Of a stretch of DNA of 64,000 bases, positions 28,466-37,628 are shown piece by piece. The first letter of the stretch is position 1. Each line of letters opens with the position of its first letter. The notes under the pieces were generated by a model. The model did no database searches, had not been told where the DNA came from, and saw only the letters and a program-made list of their open reading frames with translations. The DNA comes from an uncultured Verrucomicrobiota bacterium (GTDB taxonomy: Bacteria > Verrucomicrobiota > Verrucomicrobiia > Opitutales > Seribacteraceae): positions 5,371 through 69,370 of the forward strand of contig CACMZN010000005.1 of assembly GCA_902618175.1 (NCBI GenBank). Direction: 5' to 3'. Position numbers and translations under genes: made by a program.

Positions 28466-29454
28466 ACTGGAACTGGCTCTCCATTTTGCTCAATGCTCTG
28501 CTGGCAGGCATGCAAAACTTTTAATACATCAATACCGGATTGGGCATTGGTTAAGGGTTGTTTTCTGGATTGGATGCATTCTAGGAAATGCTTGCATTCT
28601 TCTCGAAGAGGTTCGGTGTTTGCATGCTCAACAAATTCAGCATCTTCTTTTTTGAGAATGGGCATTGGCCCATCGAACTCGACATTTTGTGAGAATAGTT
28701 GAAGTTTTACCCCAAAGGGAGCAACATCATTGAAGATCGCCATCTTTTTATCTCCCACGACTACTAGTCGTTGCTCTTTGAATGGGTGCAACCAGCTGAC
28801 AAAAATGTGAGCACGGGATTCGTTTTCGAACCTCAGGTTGGACAGTGTGGTATCTGCAATTCCATTGGTCAGGTATGATCCACCACATGCGAAAACCTCT
28901 ACCGGTGCCTGTCCCATCAAACGAAGAATCACTGCGACATCATGGGGTGCAAAACTCCAAAGGGCATTTTCTTCCGTCCGAACTTTGCCGAAATTTAATC
29001 GGTTAGAATAAATATAATGAATCTTGCCCAACTCTCCTGTGGTGATCAATTCATGAAGTTTGATAATCGCAGGATGGTATTCCAGTAAATGTCCTACCAT
29101 CAAAATACGACCAGTTTCTTCCGCAATATGTTTCATCTTTTCCGCATCTTCTATCGTCAAAGCCATTGGTTTCTCGACAAAGACATCTTTGCCCGCATAC
29201 ATTGCTTTGATAGCTAAATCGGCATGGGTTTCGGCAGGTGTCGCCAAGGATATTCCTAGAATTTGATCATTCCTCAGCACCTCATCCAGGCTATCCGTGA
29301 CTTGGATGTCAGGAGCAATGGATCGGGCAGTGGTCTGCCCGTTCTCCGTGGCATCGACAACAGAATTAAGAGCACCCAAAGCATGAAAGTTTCGACAAAG
29401 GTTTTTACCCCAGTACCCGCAACCTACAAGGGCAATCTGTATTGTGTCACTCAG
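28462..29454 (-). CDS. Gfo/Idh/MocA oxidoreductase (WbpB/WlbA-like 3-dehydrogenase); start uncertain (CTG 29454 or ATG 29496)
   Basis: VGCGYWG, ATPAETH, VFVEKPM, VGHLLEYHP, SFAPHD, SWLHPFK. Confidence 0.88.
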   Translation of the reverse strand: MSDTIQIALVGCGYWGKNLCRNFHALGALNSVVDATENGQTTARSIAPDIQVTDSLDEVLRNDQILGISLATPAETHADLAIKAMYAGKDVFVEKPMALTIEDAEKMKHIAEETGRILMVGHLLEYHPAIIKLHELITTGELGKIHYIYSNRLNFGKVRTEENALWSFAPHDVAVILRLMGQAPVEVFACGGSYLTNGIADTTLSNLRFENESRAHIFVSWLHPFKEQRLVVVGDKKMAIFNDVAPFGVKLQLFSQNVEFDGPMPILKKEDAEFVEHANTEPLREECKHFLECIQSRKQPLTNAQSGIDVLKVLHACQQSIEQNGEPVPV

Positions 29455-30437
29455 ACATTTACCTCCTTGAGCCAATGTTGGTTGTTGATGTACCATTGAA
29501 CTGATTTCTCAAGCCCTTCATCAAGAGAAACCTGCGGTTCCCAACCCAATAAATTTTTAGCTTTGGAAATATCTGCCCAAGTCTCCATCAAATCTGCGTC
29601 ATGGAAGGATTTGTGATTAATCTTTGCTTTTTTGCCAAGCAAACCTTCGAGCCTTGAAATAATTTTGTTTAAGGAAACAGGGTTTTTTCCACCGCCCAGA
29701 TTTATGATCTCATATCCCACATCTTTAATGGCGGCAATCGTTCCCCTTGCAATGTCATCCACATAGGTAAAATCACGAGATTGAGAACCGTCTCCAAACA
29801 TTTCAATAGGTAATCCTTCATCTATCCATTTAATGAAACGGAATATACTCATGTCTGGACGACCTGCGGGTCCAAATACGGTAAAATAGCGAGCAATGGA
29901 AATATCCAATTGATAGAGTTTATGATAACTGTAAGCCATCAGTTCACCCGCTTTCTTCGAGGCGGCATAGGGTGAAAGGGGCTCATTCACAGCCAAATCT
30001 TCATTAAAGGGCATCTTTTGTCCCGCATAGAGGGAAGATGTGGAAGCAAGAACAAGTTTTTTGCACCTATGTGCGCACATACACTCAAGCAAGTTAAGCG
30101 TACCTTCGGTATTAGTGGAAAGGTAAACATGAGGATTTACCATGCTGTAGCGAACACCTGCTCGAGCAGCTAAGTTAAGCACGGCATCAAATGGGCCCTG
30201 TACCTTAAAAAAATCGTCCAGGTTGGCTTGATCTTCGATATCCAGATCAGAAAATGAAAAATTCTTTGCATTAGGGTGAGCTTTTAGCTGATCGAGGCGC
30301 CAGTTTTTGAGCCGTATATCGTAGTAATCGTTGAGGTTATCGACGCCTACGACAAAATTACCTTGATCGAGTAATTGCTTATTGACATGGGACGCAATAA
30401 ACCCGGCTGCACCTGTAACGAGAAACTTTTTACTCAT
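29451..30437 (-). CDS. NDP-uronate 4-epimerase-like SDR
   Basis: TGAAGFI, DNLNDYYD, LAARAGVRYS, YAASKK, GPAGRPDM. Confidence 0.9.
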   Translation of the reverse strand: MSKKFLVTGAAGFIASHVNKQLLDQGNFVVGVDNLNDYYDIRLKNWRLDQLKAHPNAKNFSFSDLDIEDQANLDDFFKVQGPFDAVLNLAARAGVRYSMVNPHVYLSTNTEGTLNLLECMCAHRCKKLVLASTSSLYAGQKMPFNEDLAVNEPLSPYAASKKAGELMAYSYHKLYQLDISIARYFTVFGPAGRPDMSIFRFIKWIDEGLPIEMFGDGSQSRDFTYVDDIARGTIAAIKDVGYEIINLGGGKNPVSLNKIISRLEGLLGKKAKINHKSFHDADLMETWADISKAKNLLGWEPQVSLDEGLEKSVQWYINNQHWLKEVNV

Positions 30438-31714
30438 GCTTGGTAATACTTTTGGGGCTTTTTGGTAATACAGTTCCGTGAATCTACGAGTGGGCAGGAA
30501 TAACTGGTAAAATCAAAGGATTTATATTCGGCATGATTGGTGGACACCAAAATGAGGTCGTAAGCATCCTCAATTTCCACTGATTGTTTACCGGTAAAAT
30601 GAGCATGTTCTCGAGTTGGTGGCATAATGGGCACCAATGGGTCGTTGTATTCCACTAATGCCCCTTTAGTCTGCAGTTTTTCCATTAATACAAAACTGGG
30701 AGATTCTCGGCAGTCATCCACATTGGCCTTGTAAGCGAGTCCTAAGATTAAAATCTTGGATCTCTTTAAGGCTTTGCCCTCGTCGTTAAGAGCATCTACG
30801 ACTTTGGAAATCACATATTCGGGCATTGCGGTATTAATCTCACCAGCGAGCTCAATGAAACGGGTATGTTTTCCAAACTCACGGGCCTTCCATGTTAAGT
30901 AAAAAGGATCAATAGGGATGCAATGCCCGCCAAGACCAGGTCCTGGTTGAAATGCCATAAAACCAAAGGGCTTGGTAGCAGCGGCAGCGATGACCTCATG
31001 AATGTCAATGCCCATGGCTTCATAAACCACTTTCAGTTCATTCACTAAAGCAATGTTCACACTGCGAAAAATATTTTCGAGTAGCTTGGTTGCTTCTGCT
31101 GTCCGACACGAGGAGACCAAGTGAACCATGTCCAATGCCTGTTCGTATAGACATTTAGCTAATTCAGAACATTTGCAAGTATATCCGCCTACTACCTTTG
31201 GAATGGTTTTGACAGACTCGTCATCCCGACCTGGATCTTCCCTTTCAGGAGAATACGCCAAGTGGAAGTCGGTTCCAGCTCTCATCCCTGATTCTAATTC
31301 TAAAACAGTGCGCAGTTCGTCCTCCGTGGTACCTGGATAAGTGGTCGACTCCAAAGTGACCAGCACACCATTTGTGAGATGTGAGGCAATTGTTCTTGCC
31401 GTATCCAAGACGAAAGAGAGATCGGGTTCGCGATGATCATCCAAGGGAGTGGGCACGCATATCAGAATCGCTTCCACTTCAGACAATCGAGAAGGATCGG
31501 TGGTTGCTTCAAGGCGATTGGCATGCACCTGCTCGGCAATGCTCTCAGAGGAAAAATGTTTGAGGTAGGTTTTTCCATCGTTGATCGAATCGACCTTTTC
31601 CTGATCGATATCAAACCCAAGAACCGACAACCCAGAACGGGCGAACTGCAGAGATAGGGGAAGACCTACGTATCCAAGTCCAACGACTGAAATATTAGAA
31701 AATTTCTTGCTCAT
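30434..31714 (-). CDS. UDP-HexNAc 6-dehydrogenase (WbpA/WecC-like)
   Basis: VVGLGYVGLPL, ICVPTP, ESTTYPGTT, SPEREDPG, GGHCIPIDP; start placed at ATG 31714 overlapping the wzz stop. Confidence 0.93.
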   Translation of the reverse strand: MSKKFSNISVVGLGYVGLPLSLQFARSGLSVLGFDIDQEKVDSINDGKTYLKHFSSESIAEQVHANRLEATTDPSRLSEVEAILICVPTPLDDHREPDLSFVLDTARTIASHLTNGVLVTLESTTYPGTTEDELRTVLELESGMRAGTDFHLAYSPEREDPGRDDESVKTIPKVVGGYTCKCSELAKCLYEQALDMVHLVSSCRTAEATKLLENIFRSVNIALVNELKVVYEAMGIDIHEVIAAAATKPFGFMAFQPGPGLGGHCIPIDPFYLTWKAREFGKHTRFIELAGEINTAMPEYVISKVVDALNDEGKALKRSKILILGLAYKANVDDCRESPSFVLMEKLQTKGALVEYNDPLVPIMPPTREHAHFTGKQSVEIEDAYDLILVSTNHAEYKSFDFTSYSCPLVDSRNCITKKPQKYYQA

Positions 31715-32643
31715 GAACTGGAATTTATTTTTGAGTTTGATGTTCTTAACTTTTTGAGGAACTGTGCAAAAAAGACGGCAAAGATACCGAAGAATCCTCC
31801 ACATGCTCCGCCAAGCGCAAAAATTAATTTCCGCTTTGGTTTTTCGTAGGTCTCGGGGGCAACCGCGGGATCAATTACTTCCAATGCAAAGTCTTCATTT
31901 ACATTGGCAAGCATGGCGTTTTGTTTCTCCGACTCGAGTAAGTTATAAAGCACAGCACGCATATCCTGCAAAGTCGTCTTGGCCAATTCCTGCTCAAGAT
32001 ACCCAACTCTCTTTTGGGAATCGGCAATTGCCTGCTCGCGGAGTTGCTCATTCAACTGCTTCACTAGATCATTGACCCATTGCGCTGCAACTTCTGGATC
32101 TTTCCATGAAATGGAAAGTGTGATCAGACCCGTCATCTTACCCTCTTCCACTGAAAGACAACCTTTGAATACTTTAATTGCTTTTTGCAAGGTGGGTTCC
32201 TCATCCAAAGACGATACCAACCAAGTTTGAGTTTCTCGATCCCAAATTTCCCCAAATAAAAGTGGCATGAGTTTCTTTTGCTGAATGAATGCACGAAGGA
32301 ATTTTCTAGACTGTAAGGTAGCTAGCACTTGTTTGATGTTTGAATCGTTGGGGATGGAAATGCCCGCCATCGCGGCCAATCCTCCTAACTGATTGATGGA
32401 AGATGAAGCGCCTGATTTCTCATCCTGAGCAGGTGCCAATAGAGTTTCTGCTTTGAAGACCTCTTCAGCGTAATAGGCATAAGTAACGGCCAGACCCTCT
32501 GAAACAACAGTAATGCACAAGATGGTTTTCCAGGCGTGTAGGAGGGTGCGGATTAGTTCGAGAAGGTCAATTTCATCTTCGTCGGTTGACGGAGTGGATT
32601 GAACCATTAGGTATTTGGTGGATGCTTTAGGTTCTTCGCTCAT
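31711..32643 (-). CDS. wzz: Chain-length determinant / polysaccharide co-polymerase (Wzz family)
   Basis: DEIDLLEL, LGGLAAMAGI, coiled coil, VIDPAVAP...KPKR, C-terminal Gly-rich TM. Confidence 0.88.
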   Translation of the reverse strand: MSEEPKASTKYLMVQSTPSTDEDEIDLLELIRTLLHAWKTILCITVVSEGLAVTYAYYAEEVFKAETLLAPAQDEKSGASSSINQLGGLAAMAGISIPNDSNIKQVLATLQSRKFLRAFIQQKKLMPLLFGEIWDRETQTWLVSSLDEEPTLQKAIKVFKGCLSVEEGKMTGLITLSISWKDPEVAAQWVNDLVKQLNEQLREQAIADSQKRVGYLEQELAKTTLQDMRAVLYNLLESEKQNAMLANVNEDFALEVIDPAVAPETYEKPKRKLIFALGGACGGFFGIFAVFFAQFLKKLRTSNSKINSSS

Positions 32644-32659
32644 AGAATTTTTATAAAAT

Positions 32660-32700
32660 AGGCTACCGCCCTTGGCCGTTTGCGAAAAGCAAAGCCAATA
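32660..32700 (-). promoter_or_regulatory. JUMPstart/ops-like element (RfaH/NusG-paralogue recruitment site)
   Basis: Minus strand TATTGGCTTTGCTTTTCGCAAACGGCCAAGGGCGGTAGCCT: a hairpin running into GCCAAGGGCGGTAGC, just upstream of the wzz ATG. Confidence 0.72.
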
Positions 32701-32723
32701 GGTGTAAATACTTTCCTCTTTGT

Positions 32724-33266
32724 TTATTCAGAATTTTTTTGGGGCAGACGATCGCTCTTTCCAACAATCATTTTTACCCACGGGAGCAGTCGGCTCATTT
32801 GCCGGTGCCAACCCGATAAAATTTCATGCCTTCTAACACCGCGTTTGCGAGAACCCTCATCTTGTAAATTATTTACTAATTTCTCGATTTGATTTAGGCG
32901 GGCTGTGCCTTTTTCAAGATGAGGATCGGCTTGCTCGCGAAGGAAACCCCCAACCAATTTTCTTAAACGACACTCAGCAATATACCTTTCTCTCCGATCA
33001 CCTGGAGCAAAAACGGAAGAAACTGCACCCAATTGGCGTAAGGCACGTAAGCCTTGACTAGCGGATCCCTTGCTTATTTTTAGGAGTTCCATGATCTCAT
33101 CCATCGCCAGCGGCTGATCCCTGCAAAAAAGAAGCCCATAAATTTGTCCATAGGATTTGGGTAGTCCAAAAGAATTTGCCGCATTGAGAAAAAGATCAAT
33201 CACTGCATTTTCCCAATCGTCCAAGGCTTTTGAAGGTGATTGATTTGTGACCGAAAATGCATTCAT
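32724..33266 (-). CDS. GbsR/MarR-family transcriptional regulator
   Basis: FGLPKSYGQIYGLL, MDEIMELLKISKGSASQGLRAL, PGDRRERY. Confidence 0.88.
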   Translation of the reverse strand: MNAFSVTNQSPSKALDDWENAVIDLFLNAANSFGLPKSYGQIYGLLFCRDQPLAMDEIMELLKISKGSASQGLRALRQLGAVSSVFAPGDRRERYIAECRLRKLVGGFLREQADPHLEKGTARLNQIEKLVNNLQDEGSRKRGVRRHEILSGWHRQMSRLLPWVKMIVGKSDRLPQKNSE

Positions 33267-33298
33267 GACCTACATTACTTAGAAAAAAGACCAAAATA

Positions 33299-33362
33299 GT
33301 TCAAGTTTTTTTGAACAAACTGACTTGAACAGACTTAAAAAAATTCAGCTGTAATTTCTGAA
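33299..33362. promoter_or_regulatory. Two inverted repeats upstream of the GbsR-like gene (candidate operators)
   Basis: GTTCAA-N6-TTGAAC at 33299-33316 and TTCAG-N9-CTGAA at 33344-33362. Confidence 0.45.
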
Positions 33363-33411
33363 CTTTCCTTATGATTCAGGTCCCCAATTAATGAAAGTAT
33401 TGGAAAAACGG

Positions 33412-36021
33412 TTAAAATGAATTAACGGCGGCAGTGGCTATCGCCAATTGATACATAATTTGCGTACTCGTGCTCAAGTTCTGCAACCATCTGCTCGGCA
33501 ATTCAATTTTGACTGGAACCACAATCATGTCTCCCGCAGAAACATGCTCTCTAGACTTGGTGCTTGTAAACCATTTGTTGCGATCTATATTTCTCAACAC
33601 CATCCCATTTGATTTTACAATCACTATTTCTAAATCATTCGATCTTTCAGTGAACCCACCTGAGCGTTCAATGTAGTCTTCAATTTTGAGAGTCGAATCA
33701 GCAAGATGACTGGTGGGAAATTGAACCTCACCACTGACGGTGACTTCTTGAGGAATTTCCGGTACATACAAAACATCTCCATCAAGCAAAATTATCTTTG
33801 TCTCTGAGGAGTTTTTTATTTGTGAATCTAAGTCGATGACTAACCTACCCATAGAAGGGGTGGAACGCAATCGGCTCAGTAGAACACGAGATTGCTCTAC
33901 ATTAACTTTATTCGAATCGGACTTTTCTAAATTTTCATAAGTAATGAGATTTTCAAGACGACTGATAAATTGCTCTTTCTGCTGTGCTTCCCTTTTCTTT
34001 ATGTGCTTCCTAGTAAACATTGCACCTTCTGGAAACGCCAAATCCGTCAACCCGCCTGCTCTTTTAATGACATTTGCAAGAGTTTCACCTCTAAGAATTT
34101 GGTAAGTTCCCGGAAAGACGAATTCCCCAGATAGTTCAACAGTTAAGTTTTCAGACCAATAGGGAACTCTTTTGATGTGCAGACGATCATACGGTTTTAA
34201 TTTGAATGATCTTGTGAAGTTTTCATCACTCAAATTTGTGATGCTCAAGTGTTCCACGGTTGCCCTCTCTATTTCATCAATACTCAATCTGGTAACCTCA
34301 GCCGAAAAGGTGTAAGCAGCATCGAGCAGTCCACCCGACGCATCAAGAAGTTGGGCAAGGTTCATTCCATCAACCATTGGATATGCTCCTGGAAATCGTA
34401 CTAACCCACTGACATTTATAATGGGAGCACGATTACCAGTGCTGCTTTGTCTACGCAAGTCATCCAAGATTCCATTAATCAAACTTGTACGGGGTTGTTT
34501 GTTGGAAAAGAAATATACCGCATCCTTTTTTGCTAAAGGAATAGGCTCGATCGCACCTTTTTTAAATAATTCCATCGGAATAAAGGAGAGAACTTTAACC
34601 GTTCCATTATCTAACTTTCTGCGAATAAGACCATATTTCATGTCTGTCCTTGGCAATAAATCCATGCTACTCTGAATCAAGTCGCTTAACATTAAGCCAT
34701 TCCTCCATTCATACTCACCCGGACGTTCCACATTTCCAAGCATAGAAACCGAGTTGGTGATTGCAGAAGTTACCGAACCCAAAGATATAATATCTCCTGA
34801 AACCAGCTCATAAGCAAAATCCTCTGGTATACGTAGGTTTTTGACTATAGGACGAAAGCTTTCCCCTAATCTCTCAAGTCGAATATTTGAAAGAAAGGCA
34901 CGACCTTCCACCCCCCCGGCCAATGCCAAGGCATCCTGAAGGGTTTCGCCTCCAATAATTTCAAACTTTGCGGGTCGCCGAACAGCACCGCTGATAGAAA
35001 TTTGCTTCTCGACAACTGGGACAAAGATCACATCCCCAGGTTCCAGTGCTTGGTCTGCACTGGTATCCCCACGAAGAAGTAGATCATATAAATCCAAAGT
35101 GGAAATAATCTTGCCGGATCTCTTCAATTGAATGTTACGCAAACTCCCGGTTTGCTTAATCCCTCCGCAACTAAGCAACGCATTTATGGTGGTGGACAGA
35201 GCACTTACCGTGTAAGCACCCTGCTTTCGAACTTCCCCAAGTAAAAAAATGCGAATACTGCGAAAGGCACCCAATGTGATGGCACTTTGCACGCCATCTC
35301 CGAGCTGTTCTTGAATTTTTTCCTTAAGATGGTTCTTGAGTTCTAGGAAACTTGTTCCCTTTTCAAATGCATGAATTGGACCAATGCCAGGAAAACGGAT
35401 CATACCTTCCCGAGAAATACCCAAGCTGTAAGATTCATTACGCTGACCAAATAATTGAATCTCTATAAGATCGCCCGGTCCGATCCGATAATCAGATGGT
35501 ATGGGCACTTCATTACCGGGAGCAAAAGTACTTGGATCAGAAGAAAAGAGATCATAGCCAAATGGCTTGATGGCGTCTGTTTCTGATTTCCCAAACTCCT
35601 CTGCCCTCTTTTCAATTTCCCTCCGCTGTAATTCTTTTATTTTTCGAAGCAGGGCTTTACTTTCTTCCAGCGCCTCAAGAAGTTCGTTGTCTTCTGAAGA
35701 ATTTTCAGCTCCCACTTGGGCTTGGAGTTGATTGATATCGTTGGAAATCACCCTTTCCATTGCATTCAAATCCTCTAAAAACTCAGATCTGCTTCGAAAA
35801 GATTCAACCTCCGGGGCTTTGACACCAACATTCCTATTAGGCATGTTTGCGGTGGGAGGTTTTTGAATCGATCCTGAACTACTTGGATTAAGTTGCCCGA
35901 CAAGCTGTCTGCGCTGATCAGGAGACAATTTGGAAAGAGTCGAAATAGCTGCCGGATCTAATTGTGCCAGAAGGTAAAACGGTATTATTTTTATAAGAAA
36001 AAGAGCTATAAAAAATTTCAT
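33412..36021 (-). CDS. Polysaccharide export protein with multiple SLBB domains (Wza/KpsD/OtnA-like)
   Basis: Signal peptide, PFGYDLF, YRIGPGD, repeated GxVxxPG SLBB units, C-terminal QIMYQLAIATAAV. Confidence 0.9.
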   Translation of the reverse strand: MKFFIALFLIKIIPFYLLAQLDPAAISTLSKLSPDQRRQLVGQLNPSSSGSIQKPPTANMPNRNVGVKAPEVESFRSRSEFLEDLNAMERVISNDINQLQAQVGAENSSEDNELLEALEESKALLRKIKELQRREIEKRAEEFGKSETDAIKPFGYDLFSSDPSTFAPGNEVPIPSDYRIGPGDLIEIQLFGQRNESYSLGISREGMIRFPGIGPIHAFEKGTSFLELKNHLKEKIQEQLGDGVQSAITLGAFRSIRIFLLGEVRKQGAYTVSALSTTINALLSCGGIKQTGSLRNIQLKRSGKIISTLDLYDLLLRGDTSADQALEPGDVIFVPVVEKQISISGAVRRPAKFEIIGGETLQDALALAGGVEGRAFLSNIRLERLGESFRPIVKNLRIPEDFAYELVSGDIISLGSVTSAITNSVSMLGNVERPGEYEWRNGLMLSDLIQSSMDLLPRTDMKYGLIRRKLDNGTVKVLSFIPMELFKKGAIEPIPLAKKDAVYFFSNKQPRTSLINGILDDLRRQSSTGNRAPIINVSGLVRFPGAYPMVDGMNLAQLLDASGGLLDAAYTFSAEVTRLSIDEIERATVEHLSITNLSDENFTRSFKLKPYDRLHIKRVPYWSENLTVELSGEFVFPGTYQILRGETLANVIKRAGGLTDLAFPEGAMFTRKHIKKREAQQKEQFISRLENLITYENLEKSDSNKVNVEQSRVLLSRLRSTPSMGRLVIDLDSQIKNSSETKIILLDGDVLYVPEIPQEVTVSGEVQFPTSHLADSTLKIEDYIERSGGFTERSNDLEIVIVKSNGMVLRNIDRNKWFTSTKSREHVSAGDMIVVPVKIELPSRWLQNLSTSTQIMYQLAIATAAVNSF

Positions 36022-36046
36022 TTATTGTAGGAACATTGAAAAAAGG

Positions 36047-37543
36047 TCAAAAAATACGACGCAAAGTCAAGAATGCACTAATCCCTTCTTGGTCTTCCGT
36101 TTCCTCAGATTTACGCGACTCCACGCCAACTTTTGTGTAAACGGACAATTCACGATTCTGGTAGTTTCGGGCATTTATAAGATCTACAGAGATAAATTGG
36201 GTGGAAAATTGATTTGAGACGCTGCTTGATCCAAAACCATCTTCATTTAGGCTTCCCTCTCTCAAAGTAACCCCCCATCCAACTCCGTCCTTCTGATTAA
36301 GAAAAGCTCCCACACTTAAAATCCTTGAATCTTGATCCGCCCAATGTCCGATTGGACGACCGTGATAACGGTATCCATCTTTGTAAATATGATGTCCATA
36401 GCTGATGTTTCTGTCGCGAGGGTCGCCCGTCCACCAATACGAAGTAGTGTCTGCATATTCTGCAAAAAAACGAAAAGTTTCATTTTCCAAATAGCCCCAC
36501 ATCTCAAACCCATAAAGAAACATCAGACAATTGGGAAGAAAATTGTCTTCGTCCTCGCCAGCCAATTGCCCATAAAGTGCAATTGGAGAATCGAACATTC
36601 GCCACCTGAAATCCATTCCTGCAAGTTGATTGCCAGGTTCTAACGATCGATCATTTTTCCCAGTATTTCCTCCATAGTTATCCTGACTTAAAAAGGCATC
36701 AACCCAAGTATTGAAATCATTTGGTCTTCCTTTCCCTCCCAACTGAAAAGTCCTGAAAAAACCAATGTTCAAACCGCGAAAGTTGGTTGGATTTATTTCT
36801 CCCCGCATTCCCCATAGAAATGGATTGGGTATGGTTCTTTCTTCTTCCATCCTACCTATGAATGAATGAAATCTCCATGGTCCTAACCAAGACAACCATC
36901 TGGACTTAAAGGGCTTGGCTTCCCTTCGATCGATTGAAATACTCGGTATCGGTCGAGCATTTGTGGATAAGATCAAGCTTCCGTCCCATCCAGGACCCCA
37001 CCAACGTTCTTGTTTTCCAAGACTGGCTGACCAGTTGCCTAGACGAGTGGCAAGATAGGATCCATCCAAGGCAAATCCATCCTCTTTTCTTCCCTTCCAG
37101 TCTTCTTTAACTCCGTAAAGTGCATTCATTGAGAGTTTGCCGACAAATTGATCATTCATCCATGAAATGGTGACGTTGGTTGCTTTCTTTGCCCGAGGTT
37201 CCGGTCCAAACCCTCTAGCAATTACACGATCGTCCGCTAATCCAATGGATGCGAAAATAGGTGACCATCCGCGATCAGATTCTCTTTCGATAACTGATTC
37301 CAACAACCAAGCCGAGATGTCTTTTGGGGGTTGATCAAATAAGGCATTCGAAAGAGCACCTAAATCCAACGGCCAACAATTTTGAATGCCCGCCAAACCG
37401 ACCGAATCCCCAAGAAGACGAATTTCGTGACGTAGAAAGGGATTAATGGGAGCAAGAAAAGGCTCCGAAAAGATGGTGGAGCACGAAAAGAAAAGGGATG
37501 TGAAAATTTTACTCAACAAGCGTGAGGACATAACCCTATGCAT
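36047..37543 (-). CDS. wzi: Capsule assembly outer-membrane protein Wzi family
   Basis: RWWGPGWDGSLILSTNARP, PGNQLAG, YGQLAGEDE, YKDGYRY, terminal F. Confidence 0.9.
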   Translation of the reverse strand: MHRVMSSRLLSKIFTSLFFSCSTIFSEPFLAPINPFLRHEIRLLGDSVGLAGIQNCWPLDLGALSNALFDQPPKDISAWLLESVIERESDRGWSPIFASIGLADDRVIARGFGPEPRAKKATNVTISWMNDQFVGKLSMNALYGVKEDWKGRKEDGFALDGSYLATRLGNWSASLGKQERWWGPGWDGSLILSTNARPIPSISIDRREAKPFKSRWLSWLGPWRFHSFIGRMEEERTIPNPFLWGMRGEINPTNFRGLNIGFFRTFQLGGKGRPNDFNTWVDAFLSQDNYGGNTGKNDRSLEPGNQLAGMDFRWRMFDSPIALYGQLAGEDEDNFLPNCLMFLYGFEMWGYLENETFRFFAEYADTTSYWWTGDPRDRNISYGHHIYKDGYRYHGRPIGHWADQDSRILSVGAFLNQKDGVGWGVTLREGSLNEDGFGSSSVSNQFSTQFISVDLINARNYQNRELSVYTKVGVESRKSEETEDQEGISAFLTLRRIF

Positions 37544-37628
37544 GTAATCCGTAATTAGTGCCCTTTATCAATGAGGGCAATTTCAAAGAGAAGTTAATTT
37601 TTCTCGCTCCCCCTCTGATCTGTGAATA

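Noticed and set aside
37559-37579. TGCCCT...AGGGCA inverted repeat between divergent wzi and glnD
   Set aside because: A single 6-bp arm palindrome with no second copy; insufficient support
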